From assembly GCA_937944855.1 (NCBI GenBank), contig CALFAY010000003.1, forward strand, positions 64,470 through 128,469: a stretch of DNA of 64,000 bases, read 5' to 3'. The notes below the pieces were generated by a model that did not search any database, was not told the DNA's origin, and saw only the letters and a list, made by a program, of their open reading frames with translations. How positions within the stretch are numbered: position 1 is the stretch's first letter; each line of letters opens with the position of its first letter. Below, in pieces: positions 17,997 to 27,338 of the stretch. The position numbers and the translations under genes are program-made. Source of the DNA: an uncultured Planctomycetota bacterium (GTDB taxonomy: Bacteria; Planctomycetota; Planctomycetia; Gemmatales; HRBIN36).

Positions 17997-18998
17997 TCAT
18001 TCCCAGTATGGTTTAGCTCCGGCAGCTAGCAAGGCGGCGCGTTTGACGGCCACCTCGATGAGCTTGACCTTGTAGGCATTGTCGCTGAGAGGCCGAGCGC
18101 CCTCGGTGGCTGCCTTGCCGGCGGCAGCGGCCGTCTCGTCCGTGACGCGCTTGCCTTCCAGCGTCTTGGCCGCGGATTCCGCGAGGTGCGGCGTCGGGGC
18201 GACGTGGCCGAGCACCACGCGGACGTTGCGGGCCGTTCCGCCGTCGAGGTCGAACGCCACCGCGGCCTGGACCAGCGGCCAGTCGTAGGACTGCTTGTGC
18301 CGCACTTCGTAGCTGGCATTGCGCGGCCCGGCCTTGAGTGTCACCTTGGTGACAATCTCGTTGGCGGCGAGGACGTGTTCCCGGTGTTCGGCGGACTCCG
18401 GAGCGCGAAAGAACTTGTCCAGCGGTACGGTGCGTTTGCCCCTTGGGCCTTGGACTTCGGCCTCGGCCCTGAGAGCGATGAGGACCGGAGCGAGCGTGGA
18501 CGGATTGACGATCACGCACTTATGGCCGGTGGTGAAGACCGCATGATAGCGGTTGTCGCCGTCGGTGGCGTAGCACTTCCGTCCGCCCTTGAGCAGGCAG
18601 GAGACGGTTTCATCGCGGAAATACCAGCAACGGTTGCGCTGGCACAGGTTTCCGCCGAGCGTGCCCATGTTGCGGATCTGGGGTCCGCCAATTTCGCCCG
18701 CCGCCGTGGTCAGGCCGGGGAACAGTTCCCGCAGGTCCTTGTGCTCGGCGATGTCGGCCAGCGTCGCCCCCGCGCCGATCTCGACGGAAGGCGGATTGCC
18801 GCCTCTCATCGTGATCTTGCGGAACTCAGCACCCAGCCCGCTGAGGCTGATAACCTTATCGGGCTGAGCGATGTATTCCTTCTGGAGGTCGAGCAGATCG
18901 GTGCCGCCGGCCAGCAATTCGCTGGCCCCGTAGGTGGCGTCGAGCAGAGCGACAGCGGCTTCGAGGGAAGTCGGTCGGTAGTAGGTGAAGTTCTTCAT
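17997..18998 (-). CDS. xanthine dehydrogenase-family FAD-binding subunit (PaoB/CoxM-like)
   Basis: MKNFTYYRPTSLEAAVALL...LLAGGTDLLDL...IRNMGTLGGNLCQ is a typical FAD_binding_5 / CO-dehydrogenase flavoprotein pattern. Confidence 0.9.
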   Translation of the reverse strand: MKNFTYYRPTSLEAAVALLDATYGASELLAGGTDLLDLQKEYIAQPDKVISLSGLGAEFRKITMRGGNPPSVEIGAGATLADIAEHKDLRELFPGLTTAAGEIGGPQIRNMGTLGGNLCQRNRCWYFRDETVSCLLKGGRKCYATDGDNRYHAVFTTGHKCVIVNPSTLAPVLIALRAEAEVQGPRGKRTVPLDKFFRAPESAEHREHVLAANEIVTKVTLKAGPRNASYEVRHKQSYDWPLVQAAVAFDLDGGTARNVRVVLGHVAPTPHLAESAAKTLEGKRVTDETAAAAGKAATEGARPLSDNAYKVKLIEVAVKRAALLAAGAKPYWE

Positions 18999-19001
18999 GG
19001 T

Positions 19002-21188
19002 TTACGCACCGCCTTTCTGTGCGAGCGCAGCCAGCACGTTCATGGGAGAGAACGGCGTCCTCGGGACACGGACGCCCAGGGCGTTGCAGATGGCGTTGCC
19101 GATGGCTGCGGCCGTACTGATCGTCGGCGGCTCGCCGATGCCGATCACGCCGCGCTCCGGCATGTCCATCATGTGCACGTGAATTTCCGGAATGTCCTTC
19201 ATGCCAGCGAGCTTGTAGAACTCCATGTCCGCGTTGAGAGGACGGCCGGTGTTGTCGTCCATCAGCCGTTCCTCGAACATGGCGTAGTGGATGCCCATGA
19301 TGATCCCACCGGCGACTTGCGACTCGCAGGCCAGCTTGTTGATGACCAGGCCGCAATCCTGCACGGCCCAGAAGTTCTTGAGATGCACGATGCCGGTTTC
19401 GGTATCGACCCAGCATTCGCAGACCTGGACGCCGCCGACGCCCTGACTGGACAGGGACTGGTCTCCGGGGTGGTCGCCGATGCCGACGACTGTATCCATC
19501 CCCAGGCGGGCACAGGCTTCCTTCCAGGTCCACTCCTTGTCCCCGGCCACGATCTTGCCCGGTTTTTCGGGGTCGATCTTGAGGTCATCCTTATTGACTC
19601 CCAGCCGCGGAGCGAGTTTGGCGAACAGATCGTCCCTGGCCCGATGGGCGGCGATCAGAGCCGCCGGGGCGGTGCCGGGACAAGTCGTGCTGCCGCCGGA
19701 GCCTGTGGATCGGCCGAATTGGCTTTCGCCGATTTCCGAGGTCACGTCTTTGACGTTCAGCCCGAGCACTTCGGCGACGACAATCGCCAGCACGGTGCGT
19801 TCGCCGGTGCCGAGGTCCTGCGTGGAGCACTGGACCAGCACGCTGCCGTCGGATTTGATGGCGACCCGCACGTCGTTGTTGGGCCGACCGCCACCGCCCC
19901 AGGTGTGCAGACCGAGGCCGAGGCCGTGCTTGAGCGGTCCCTTGCTCGGCCCCTGGCCCGGCGGATGCCAGCGTTTCTTCCAGTCGCACATCTCGGCGAC
20001 GATCTTGAGCTGCTCCTCGTAGATCGGCCTCTTGAAGGCGTTGGGCAGGTCGGTGGGCAGATTGGCCCGTCGCACTTCGAGGGGGTCGAGACTGAGCTTG
20101 TTGGCCAGGTCGTCCACCGCCGATTCGGTCAGGAAACACGCCTGGGGATGGCCGGGAGCGCGGAACGCCTGCCGGTCGCCAGTGTTGAGCCGAATCGTGC
20201 GGTTGACAGTGCGGATATTGGGAATCGAGGTGTACACGTAGGGCACGAGTTGATGATAGGCATCCACAGCCCCGGCTCCTGCTCCGCCGCCCGGCGTGCC
20301 GTAGATGTCGGCCTGGAAGGCCGTGATCTTGCCGTCCTTAGTGCCCGCGATCTTGACCGTGGCCGTCGCCGACGGCCGATTGCCCGCGCTGATCTGCTCC
20401 TCGAAGCGGTCGAGGAACAGCTTGACGGGGGCTTTGGTCATGAAGGCCAGTTCCGAGCAGGCGATACCAGTCGGCCCGGGAATGAACTTGCTTCCGTAGC
20501 CGCCGCCCATGTAGTGGGTGATGCAGCGGCACTTGACGTCGGGAACGCGATTGCGGAACTGGGCTTCGAGCATGCCGGCGATGCCGGTGGTGGCCTGCGT
20601 CGAGCACCAGACGGTGAGATTGTTGCCCTGCCACTCGGCGACCATGCCGTGCGGTTCGAGGCAGCAGTGACACTGCACCGGCACACTGTAGGTGCCCTCC
20701 ACGACAGCGTCAGCCTTGCCTAAGGCGTCTTCGACGTTGCCGACGCTCCGCTGTCCTGAAGGCCGCACGTTGCCTTGGCCAGGGTTGGGCACCGTGCCCT
20801 TGCCCGGCTCCTTGAGAGCTGCTTCCTCGTTCACGACGAAGGGCAGCGGCTCGTACTCGATGCGGACCAGACGCAGGCAGTCGTGGCAATGTTCCTCGGT
20901 GTCGGCGGCGATGGCGAGGATCTCATCGCCAACATAGAAGACTTCCTGCCCCTGCCGTTTGAAATGGAAAATGCCGCGGAAGCCGGGGTGCTTTTCGGCG
21001 GCAGACACGTCCACGGTCTTGAGTCGGCCATGCGGCACGTTGCTGCAAAGGATCATGGCGTGCAACATGCCGCGGCGATTGATGTCGAAGCCGTAACGGG
21101 CCAGGCCGGTCGCCTTGTCCGGCCCGTCCACCCGCGGAACCTTGGTGCCGATGACGCGACGCTGCTGGGGCCATTTGATCTCAGCCAT
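19002..21188 (-). CDS. xanthine dehydrogenase-family molybdopterin-binding large subunit (PaoC/CoxL-like)
   Basis: 728 aa. N-terminal VIGTKVPRVDGPDKATGLARYGFDI and MGGGYGSK are aldehyde oxidase/XDH a/b-hammerhead and Moco-domain patterns. Confidence 0.9.
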   Translation of the reverse strand: MAEIKWPQQRRVIGTKVPRVDGPDKATGLARYGFDINRRGMLHAMILCSNVPHGRLKTVDVSAAEKHPGFRGIFHFKRQGQEVFYVGDEILAIAADTEEHCHDCLRLVRIEYEPLPFVVNEEAALKEPGKGTVPNPGQGNVRPSGQRSVGNVEDALGKADAVVEGTYSVPVQCHCCLEPHGMVAEWQGNNLTVWCSTQATTGIAGMLEAQFRNRVPDVKCRCITHYMGGGYGSKFIPGPTGIACSELAFMTKAPVKLFLDRFEEQISAGNRPSATATVKIAGTKDGKITAFQADIYGTPGGGAGAGAVDAYHQLVPYVYTSIPNIRTVNRTIRLNTGDRQAFRAPGHPQACFLTESAVDDLANKLSLDPLEVRRANLPTDLPNAFKRPIYEEQLKIVAEMCDWKKRWHPPGQGPSKGPLKHGLGLGLHTWGGGGRPNNDVRVAIKSDGSVLVQCSTQDLGTGERTVLAIVVAEVLGLNVKDVTSEIGESQFGRSTGSGGSTTCPGTAPAALIAAHRARDDLFAKLAPRLGVNKDDLKIDPEKPGKIVAGDKEWTWKEACARLGMDTVVGIGDHPGDQSLSSQGVGGVQVCECWVDTETGIVHLKNFWAVQDCGLVINKLACESQVAGGIIMGIHYAMFEERLMDDNTGRPLNADMEFYKLAGMKDIPEIHVHMMDMPERGVIGIGEPPTISTAAAIGNAICNALGVRVPRTPFSPMNVLAALAQKGGA

Positions 21189-21191
21189 CGG

Positions 21192-21902
21192 TTAGCCCTC
21201 CTTTCCGTGGTGACAGCACCCGGCGCTCAGACTCGCCGCGGCCAAGGTCTGGATTGGCTGTCCGTTGTGCTGAGCCATCTTCTTGCACAGGGAACGGATG
21301 GCGTCACGCATCTGCTGGTAGGTTCCACAGCGACAGATGTTGCCGCTGACCGCCGCTTCGAGTTCTTCGGGAGTCGCCTTGGGATTGCGGTCCAGAGCGG
21401 CCTTGATGGCCATGACGAAGCCCGGCGTGCAGAAGCCGCACTGCTGGGCGTCGAATTGGACGAAGGCGGCGGGGACGGCGTGCAAGGAGCCTTCGGCGTG
21501 CAGGGCTTCCGCTGTCTCGATGCGTCGGCCCATCGCTTCCAGAGCCAGGCAGGTGCAGGCATAGATCGGCTTGCCGTCCAACAGCACCGTGCAGGCCCCG
21601 CAGGTGCCGCGGTCGCAGACCCGCTTCGGGCCGGTGACATCCACATAGTTCCGCAGCGCGTCCAGCAGCGTCACGCGCGGTTCGACTTCAGTCGTCACCT
21701 TGGCTCCGTTGACGGTCAATTCCAGTTTGACCGGCCCTGGACCGAAGCCGGGCGTGGCTGCCCTGGCATTTTGAGCCGCTTGTGCGGGACCGCTTTCCAA
21801 CAGCGGCGTGCTGGCCAAGGCGGTCGCGGCGGTGAGACCGGTTCCTTTGAGGAACTGGCGGCGCGACAACCCCGACCGGGGTTTGTCCTCGTGGCTGTTC
21901 AT
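21192..21902 (-). CDS. [2Fe-2S]-binding small subunit with Tat signal (PaoA-like)
   Basis: Twin-arginine SRRQFLKGTGLTAATALA. CDRGTCGACTV and QCGFCTPG...CRCGTY are ferredoxin-type Cys clusters. Confidence 0.9.
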   Translation of the reverse strand: MNSHEDKPRSGLSRRQFLKGTGLTAATALASTPLLESGPAQAAQNARAATPGFGPGPVKLELTVNGAKVTTEVEPRVTLLDALRNYVDVTGPKRVCDRGTCGACTVLLDGKPIYACTCLALEAMGRRIETAEALHAEGSLHAVPAAFVQFDAQQCGFCTPGFVMAIKAALDRNPKATPEELEAAVSGNICRCGTYQQMRDAIRSLCKKMAQHNGQPIQTLAAASLSAGCCHHGKEG

Positions 21903-22080
21903 CGGGAATGACCCTCCCTCGTGGCTGATGCTTGCCGTCGGCGAACCCGGGCGCAGGTCCCTCGATACACCGGCCCGATTGTAAACAGCCGGAAAGCAAG
22001 GTCAAGCAACTGACGGAAAGATGAGAAAGGAGGGTTACTCGTGGACTTTTGCTGCGTCTTGGGCTGCCGATCCACGACGC

Positions 22081-22437
22081 TTACTTCTTCGACTTTCTGG
22101 GCAAGGACCGTTTCGAGATTGGTCTTTGCCTGGGGAGAACGGAAGCCCGCTTGGCGAGCCATCGGCGGAAGGATTTGGGGCTGTCTCCCAATGGTTGACC
22201 GAGCAGAAGGTTCTCCAGGCTTATATCCTCGTCGATCAGCGGCCAATGAATCCCTTGTCCCTGACCGATGATTTGCCACTGGTTACGCTCACCCGTCGTT
22301 GCATGGACAAGTCGCGGATACCAGTCCAGAGGTACTTCAATTCTGCGGCCGTCGTTTAATTCGGCGGCAAGCTTGGAATGGCCCACATGTGCTTGAGTGA
22401 TTAGCGGCTGACGAGTTTTCTTTGCCGAAGTAGTCAC
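22081..22437 (-). CDS. DUF2442 domain protein
   Basis: LNDGRRIEVPLDWYPRLVHATTGERNQWQIIGQGQGIHWPLIDEDISLENLL matches the DUF2442 pattern. GTG start. Visibly AT-richer than the flanks. Confidence 0.75.
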   Translation of the reverse strand: MTTSAKKTRQPLITQAHVGHSKLAAELNDGRRIEVPLDWYPRLVHATTGERNQWQIIGQGQGIHWPLIDEDISLENLLLGQPLGDSPKSFRRWLAKRASVLPRQRPISKRSLPRKSKK

Positions 22438-22645
22438 TCCAGGCCTCCAACAACCGTTCCCGGTTCTTTCGAATCAACCTTTCAATTCTTTGGATTTCGG
22501 GTGTTCTGAACCCAGCCCCCTGCTCAGGAGCCACTGTATGCCGGCCCCTTGGGTCGGCATGCCACGACAACAGCAATGAGGAGTATCTGGTGAAGTTGCG
22601 ACTATCGTTCTGCGCGAAAAAAAGCCTCGGGGGGCGGAAGAGCAA
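22337..22645 (-). CDS. DUF4160-like protein, diverged (possibly decaying)
   Basis: The C-terminal half GFRTPEIQRIERLIRKNRERLLEAWSDYFG is a good DUF4160 match. The N-terminal half (RLFFAQNDSRNFTRYSS) lacks the usual PPHxHV motif. TTG start only. A 101-nt overlap extends into the DUF2442 ORF. Confidence 0.5.
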   Translation of the reverse strand: MLFRPPRLFFAQNDSRNFTRYSSLLLSWHADPRGRHTVAPEQGAGFRTPEIQRIERLIRKNRERLLEAWSDYFGKENSSAANHSSTCGPFQACRRIKRRPQN

Positions 22646-22705
22646 CTCCCCACCCCCCGATGCGCGGAATAGGAATTGCGATCCGACTCGCCTCGCGATC
22701 TGGAA

Positions 22706-24055
22706 TCAGAATCGCAGAGCGACGCCGAAGTTCATGCCGTGAGCGTAGAAGTCGTTGCTCTTCATCAGGACGGTCGGCACCTGGGGACCGCCAGGCACGC
22801 CGAATTGCCCGATCGGAGCTGTGGGCAGGATGGCGGGGTTGACCCGCAGGTCGATCTGCTCGCCGGGCCGCAGCACGTCGCTCCAGTACAGGAACGTGTA
22901 GCCGGCGAAGAGGCGGATGCGGGGCGTGACGTGCCAGCCGATATTCACCGACGCTTCGGGCACGGCCGAGAACTCATCCCGGCTGGTCGTGCCGATGTTC
23001 GTAGTCAGAGCGAGCAAGCCGCCTGGAGTGGCATCGGCCAAGGTGTTATTGGCGAACAGCGAGGTGCGGCCATCCACGGCGACTTCCTGACTGTTGACGC
23101 CCAGGGCCACCTTCATCTTGCCGAGGACATAGAAGGTGCCGAAGCGGTATTCGAGCCGGGCGCCGATCTGACCGCCGTAGAAGCGGTTGCGGGTTTCGAA
23201 GATGTCGGTGCGGTTGATTCCCCGACCGTCCGGCTGGGCGTCGCCGTTGTAGAATCCCACACCGCCGGGCAGGATCAGGAAGGTGTCGGTGACGGTGATG
23301 CTCTCTTCCAGGTTGAGGAACCGACCGCCGATGAGGAAATCCATGCTCACGCAGTCGATGCGGAAGAGGTTCCGGACCAGGTTGATTTCACCGCCCCACA
23401 GTTCGCTGGTGGTTTCGACAGTGACGCCGCCGGTGAACGCGCCGGGGAACGCTTGAAGGGCGGCGGCTCCCGTGCCATTGACGGCATCCGTGTACGGCCG
23501 AGCGAGGATACCCGAGGGAACCTGATCGCCGTTTACCCGGAAAATGTCGGACTGCTGGGCCAGCCAGAAACCGCTACCTTCCAAAGCCCAGACCTTGTTT
23601 TCGTCCAGCATGAATCCGCCGGTCAGGCGGGCGCCGACGAAGGCGTTGTGTTCCACCTCGGTGTTGCCGAACACCACCGCCGTGCTCGGTTCTCCCAAGA
23701 CGGGCAGGGTGAATGGGTCATTGGAGGTGGTGATGAGCGGGACATTGATGCGGCCGTCCTTCAGCCACCACACCAGCGTTTCGCCGCTGAGGAACATGCG
23801 GTTGTGGATCCTGAACGGAGCGTCTTCCTGAATCGGCGGATTGTAGGGCAAACACGGCAGGCATGGATCGGTGACGGCCGGGAGATGCCCGGGCTTTGGC
23901 TTGTCGTCGCAGCAGGAAGCCGGTTTGACTTCCTGTTCGGCCACTGCTTCCTTGGTCTCCTCCACGGCAGCGGGAGGGTTGGCCCACACTTGACCGCAGG
24001 CCATGCCGGCCGCTGTCAGGACAGCGCTGACCGAGCCGAGTAAACGCTTTCTCAT
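22706..24055 (-). CDS. BBP7-family outer-membrane beta-barrel protein
   Basis: Signal peptide, Cys/Pro-rich neck (CCDDKPKPGH...PCLPCLPYNPP), alternating beta-strand pattern, terminal ...HGMNFGVALRF. Confidence 0.8.
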   Translation of the reverse strand: MRKRLLGSVSAVLTAAGMACGQVWANPPAAVEETKEAVAEQEVKPASCCDDKPKPGHLPAVTDPCLPCLPYNPPIQEDAPFRIHNRMFLSGETLVWWLKDGRINVPLITTSNDPFTLPVLGEPSTAVVFGNTEVEHNAFVGARLTGGFMLDENKVWALEGSGFWLAQQSDIFRVNGDQVPSGILARPYTDAVNGTGAAALQAFPGAFTGGVTVETTSELWGGEINLVRNLFRIDCVSMDFLIGGRFLNLEESITVTDTFLILPGGVGFYNGDAQPDGRGINRTDIFETRNRFYGGQIGARLEYRFGTFYVLGKMKVALGVNSQEVAVDGRTSLFANNTLADATPGGLLALTTNIGTTSRDEFSAVPEASVNIGWHVTPRIRLFAGYTFLYWSDVLRPGEQIDLRVNPAILPTAPIGQFGVPGGPQVPTVLMKSNDFYAHGMNFGVALRF

Positions 24056-24320
24056 GGCGGACTCCTATTCCGCAGCTGACCCCTGTTTCCTTTGCCGATA
24101 TCGCCTCCACAAGCGGCTTCCGCTGACGCGGTTCCGCCGGCGTGGCAATCCATGAAAGGATTCGGATGATTACGCGGATTGCATCAGGCGACGTGCCTGT
24201 ACCGGACGGTTGCTTCCTGAAGGCGGCCGCTGCCGTCGCCACTTCCGGCGCAGTCCTCCCCATCTTCCGTCCGACGGGACAAAGCAGGCAAACTGTACGG
24301 GCAGCTGCGCGGCTTGTTCC

Positions 24321-25316
24321 TCAGGGCGTCAGCACGATCTTGCCGACCAGTGTGCCCGCCTTGCCGATGGTGTTGGCTTCCTGGAGCCGATGAGCCTCGG
24401 CGGTTTCTCCCAGCCTGAAACGCCGTCCGATGGGAATGTCCAACTGCCCCGAGGCCAGCCAGCGGTTGATGTCCTCGGCACAGCGACGCTGCTCCTCGGG
24501 CGATGCGTTGAACATGGCGTAGCCGTGCAGCGTCAGGTCCTTGACGTAGAACGGCCCTTGCGGAAACGGAGGACGAGCGGCCCGACCGGCGATCACGACC
24601 ATGCGGCCGCGCATCGCCGTCAGTTCCACCATCCGGTCGTAGTCCGGCTCCCGCAGCGGTTCGTACCAGACCTGCACGCCCTGGTTGTTCGTGAAATCCT
24701 TGACCCGAGCGGGCACGTCGTCGGTCTTGTAGTTGAGGACCAAGTCCGCTCCCCAGCGCCGGCACAATTCCGCCTTTTCCGACGAACCCACGGTGGTGAT
24801 GACGACCGCTCCGACCGCTTTGGCCATCTGCACCACAGCCGCTCCGACTCCGCCGGTTCCCCCGTTGACGAACAAGACCTCGCCGGCTTTCAGTCCAGCC
24901 CGCTGAAACAGACCGAGATGGGCCGTGATGCTCACCAGTGCCGCCGCTGCCGCACGTTCCTCGGACACGTTGTCGGGGATCGGATACAACCAGTCCTGGT
25001 GCACCGCGGCATACTCAGCGAAAGTGCCCTGACGGCCCTTCAACCCCTGATTGCTGCCCCAGACCCGTTCGCCCGGCTGGAAGCGATCCACCCCGGGACC
25101 GATCTCCGCGATGGTCCCCGCCAGGTCGCAGCCGACAATGAACGGCCTGGGCAACGGAAAGGCCACGGTCCCGGCGCGGATGTAGGTGTCGATGGGATTG
25201 ACGGCCACGGCGGCGACCTTGACCAACACTTCCTCCGGCTGCAACTTCGGGATCGGCAAATCGCCGTACTGGATGACCTCGGGTCCGCCGGTGCTCTCGA
25301 TGTACGCCGCCTTCAT
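24321..25316 (-). CDS. NADPH:quinone oxidoreductase (zeta-crystallin-like MDR)
   Basis: MKAAYIESTGGPEVIQYGDLPIPKL..VLVKVAAVAVNPIDTYIRAG...NGGTGGVGAAVVQMAK. Confidence 0.85.
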   Translation of the reverse strand: MKAAYIESTGGPEVIQYGDLPIPKLQPEEVLVKVAAVAVNPIDTYIRAGTVAFPLPRPFIVGCDLAGTIAEIGPGVDRFQPGERVWGSNQGLKGRQGTFAEYAAVHQDWLYPIPDNVSEERAAAAALVSITAHLGLFQRAGLKAGEVLFVNGGTGGVGAAVVQMAKAVGAVVITTVGSSEKAELCRRWGADLVLNYKTDDVPARVKDFTNNQGVQVWYEPLREPDYDRMVELTAMRGRMVVIAGRAARPPFPQGPFYVKDLTLHGYAMFNASPEEQRRCAEDINRWLASGQLDIPIGRRFRLGETAEAHRLQEANTIGKAGTLVGKIVLTP

Positions 25317-25387
25317 GGTTCGACTCTCCCCCCCATCTTTGGCCAGTAGTCTCCGCATCATGGTCCATGCCGAGTGTCCGAGTCAAG

Positions 25388-26218
25388 TCACTCGAACAAT
25401 CCGCGTTGTGTCGGCGGAGGGAGAGCGAAGGGGGGGACGACTCGCAGTTCCGGGGCCAGTTCCCGCAGCAACTGGGCGAACCGCAAAGCGTTCGCCGCCG
25501 CCTGCCCCCGCTGGCAGTTGTTGAACAGAACCAAGGCCCGCGAACTTCGACCCTGGGCCGACCGCAGCGCTTCGATCCATTCAGCCATCTCCGCCTCGGA
25601 GTACGAGTAGTCATAGCGTTCCTTGTCCGATTCGTACCACGACCAGGCCCTGCGGGAATGCAGCCGGACGTAGATCAGGTCGCTGGACCGAACCAGACCG
25701 CGGGGAAACAGAGCGGGAATGTCGGGCACATCCACCGAGACCAGATGCAGACCGAGAGTCGCCAGCCACGCCGGGATGTCCGGTCCGGCCCAGGAGAGGT
25801 GGCGGAATTCGACGGCGAGCTGATGATCGGCAAACTTCTCGGCCAGGCGGGCGACGAAGTCCCGATTTGGCCCGTCATCGTGGAACCGCTGCGGGAATTG
25901 AGCCAGCAGGCCGAGCAATTGCTGACGTTCCCGCAGCCCGGCCAGACTTTCGAGAAACGCGGGCACGTCGCCGAGGTCGAGGTCGTGGCTGACCGACTGC
26001 GGCAGTTTGACGAGGAACTGGAATCCGTGGGGCGTCTTGTCGGCGATGCGGTCCAAATCTCGCCGCGTCGGAAGGCGGTAGAAGGTGAAGTTCAGTTCGG
26101 CCAGGGGGAAGTGGGCGACGTAATGGGTCAGCATCCGTTCCGGTCTGGTTCCGGGCGGATAGAAGACCCCCACCCAGTCGGCGTACAAATATCCCGACGT
26201 GCCTACCCAGACTTGCAT
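25388..26218 (-). CDS. DUF72 domain protein
   Basis: MQVWVGTSGYLYADWVGVFYPPG...AELNFTFYRLP matches the DUF72 N-terminal signature. Start moved to the internal ATG at 26218. Confidence 0.85.
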   Translation of the reverse strand: MQVWVGTSGYLYADWVGVFYPPGTRPERMLTHYVAHFPLAELNFTFYRLPTRRDLDRIADKTPHGFQFLVKLPQSVSHDLDLGDVPAFLESLAGLRERQQLLGLLAQFPQRFHDDGPNRDFVARLAEKFADHQLAVEFRHLSWAGPDIPAWLATLGLHLVSVDVPDIPALFPRGLVRSSDLIYVRLHSRRAWSWYESDKERYDYSYSEAEMAEWIEALRSAQGRSSRALVLFNNCQRGQAAANALRFAQLLRELAPELRVVPPFALPPPTQRGLFE

Positions 26219-26443
26219 AATCCCCGCCCTGTGCCCGATGACTGCCACCTTGTCATTCTGACTTATTTTCGCAGAGCGATTCACACTGGGAAATTGGTGC
26301 GGGAGTGGAATTCGTGATGCCTTGCAAAAGGTTTCCGCGGCTTGCCAACTCGCTCGTTTCCTCTCCGTTTCAACTAACCGTTGCAGGCAGTCATGAAGCA
26401 CGCGGGAAGGTCGTTTTTTTGCCTTTCGGCGCGTGTCGCCGCA

Positions 26444-26472
26444 TTGACACTGCTTTAGACCAAAAGTAGACT
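26444..26472 (+). promoter_or_regulatory. sigma70-like promoter candidate upstream of the esterase gene
   Basis: TTGACA (26444-26449), 17-nt spacer, TAGACT (26467-26472), in a 368-nt divergent intergenic region. Confidence 0.3.
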
Positions 26473-26585
26473 TGGCGGGTCAACTTGAGGGGAAGTTGTC
26501 GCAAGGTCTTGGCAGATCGTTTGTTGGGTCACAAACCTTGCACGACCGCTAGGGCCAATACAACCGCTAAGTTCGGGTCACGACC

Positions 26586-27305
26586 ATGTACAGTGTCCGC
26601 TTGCTCACAAGACCTTCCGAAGGGTTCTACGCCTCAGCGGTCGATTCTCCGCGGCGGTTGCCGGTGCTGACCTTCTTGCCGGGCGGCTACGAACCGAACT
26701 ACGCTTATCCGTTGGTGCTGTTTTTCCACGGACAAGGCTCCAGCGAGCAGCAGATCCTGCGACTGGCCCCGCGACTCAGCCGCCGGAACTACATCTGCAT
26801 GGCCCTGCGCGGCCCGGAGGTCACCGTTCGTTATCAGGACGGCACTCTGGGGTACTCCTGGAATGACGACCTCCGCACCGACGCCTTCGCCGAGGAGTAC
26901 GCCTTCCAGGCCATCGAACAGGCCTGTTCCACCTACAGTATCCATCCGCAGCGCATCTACCTTGCGGGATTCTGCGAAGGGGCCTCACAAGCCTATCGGC
27001 TCGGCCTGGCGTTTCCGACACGCTTCGCCGGCATCATCGCCATGAACGGGCAACTGCCAAGCAACACTCCGCTGCTCCGCTGGCCGGAAGCCCGCAGGCT
27101 CCGCGTCCTCATGGGCCACGGCATCGCCAATTCGATCATTCCGCTGTCGGCTGCTCGGCGGATGCACCGCCTTCTTTACACGGCCGGTCTCGATGTGCAG
27201 TTCCTCACCTACCCGACCACGCACCGCATCCATGCCGACATGCTCCGCGACATGAACCGCTGGATCATGCACGCTGTCACCGGACAGAATCCTTCCGCCA
27301 AGTGA
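26586..27305 (+). CDS. phospholipase/carboxylesterase-family alpha/beta hydrolase with Cys at the nucleophile elbow
   Basis: LVLFFHGQGSS...RIYLAGFCEGASQAY...MGHGIANSIIP...TTHRIH. GFCEG sits where GxSxG is expected. Confidence 0.75.
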   Translation: MYSVRLLTRPSEGFYASAVDSPRRLPVLTFLPGGYEPNYAYPLVLFFHGQGSSEQQILRLAPRLSRRNYICMALRGPEVTVRYQDGTLGYSWNDDLRTDAFAEEYAFQAIEQACSTYSIHPQRIYLAGFCEGASQAYRLGLAFPTRFAGIIAMNGQLPSNTPLLRWPEARRLRVLMGHGIANSIIPLSAARRMHRLLYTAGLDVQFLTYPTTHRIHADMLRDMNRWIMHAVTGQNPSAK

Positions 27306-27338
27306 CGCTCCCCAGCGCCAGCCGTCTCGCCGACCGTC

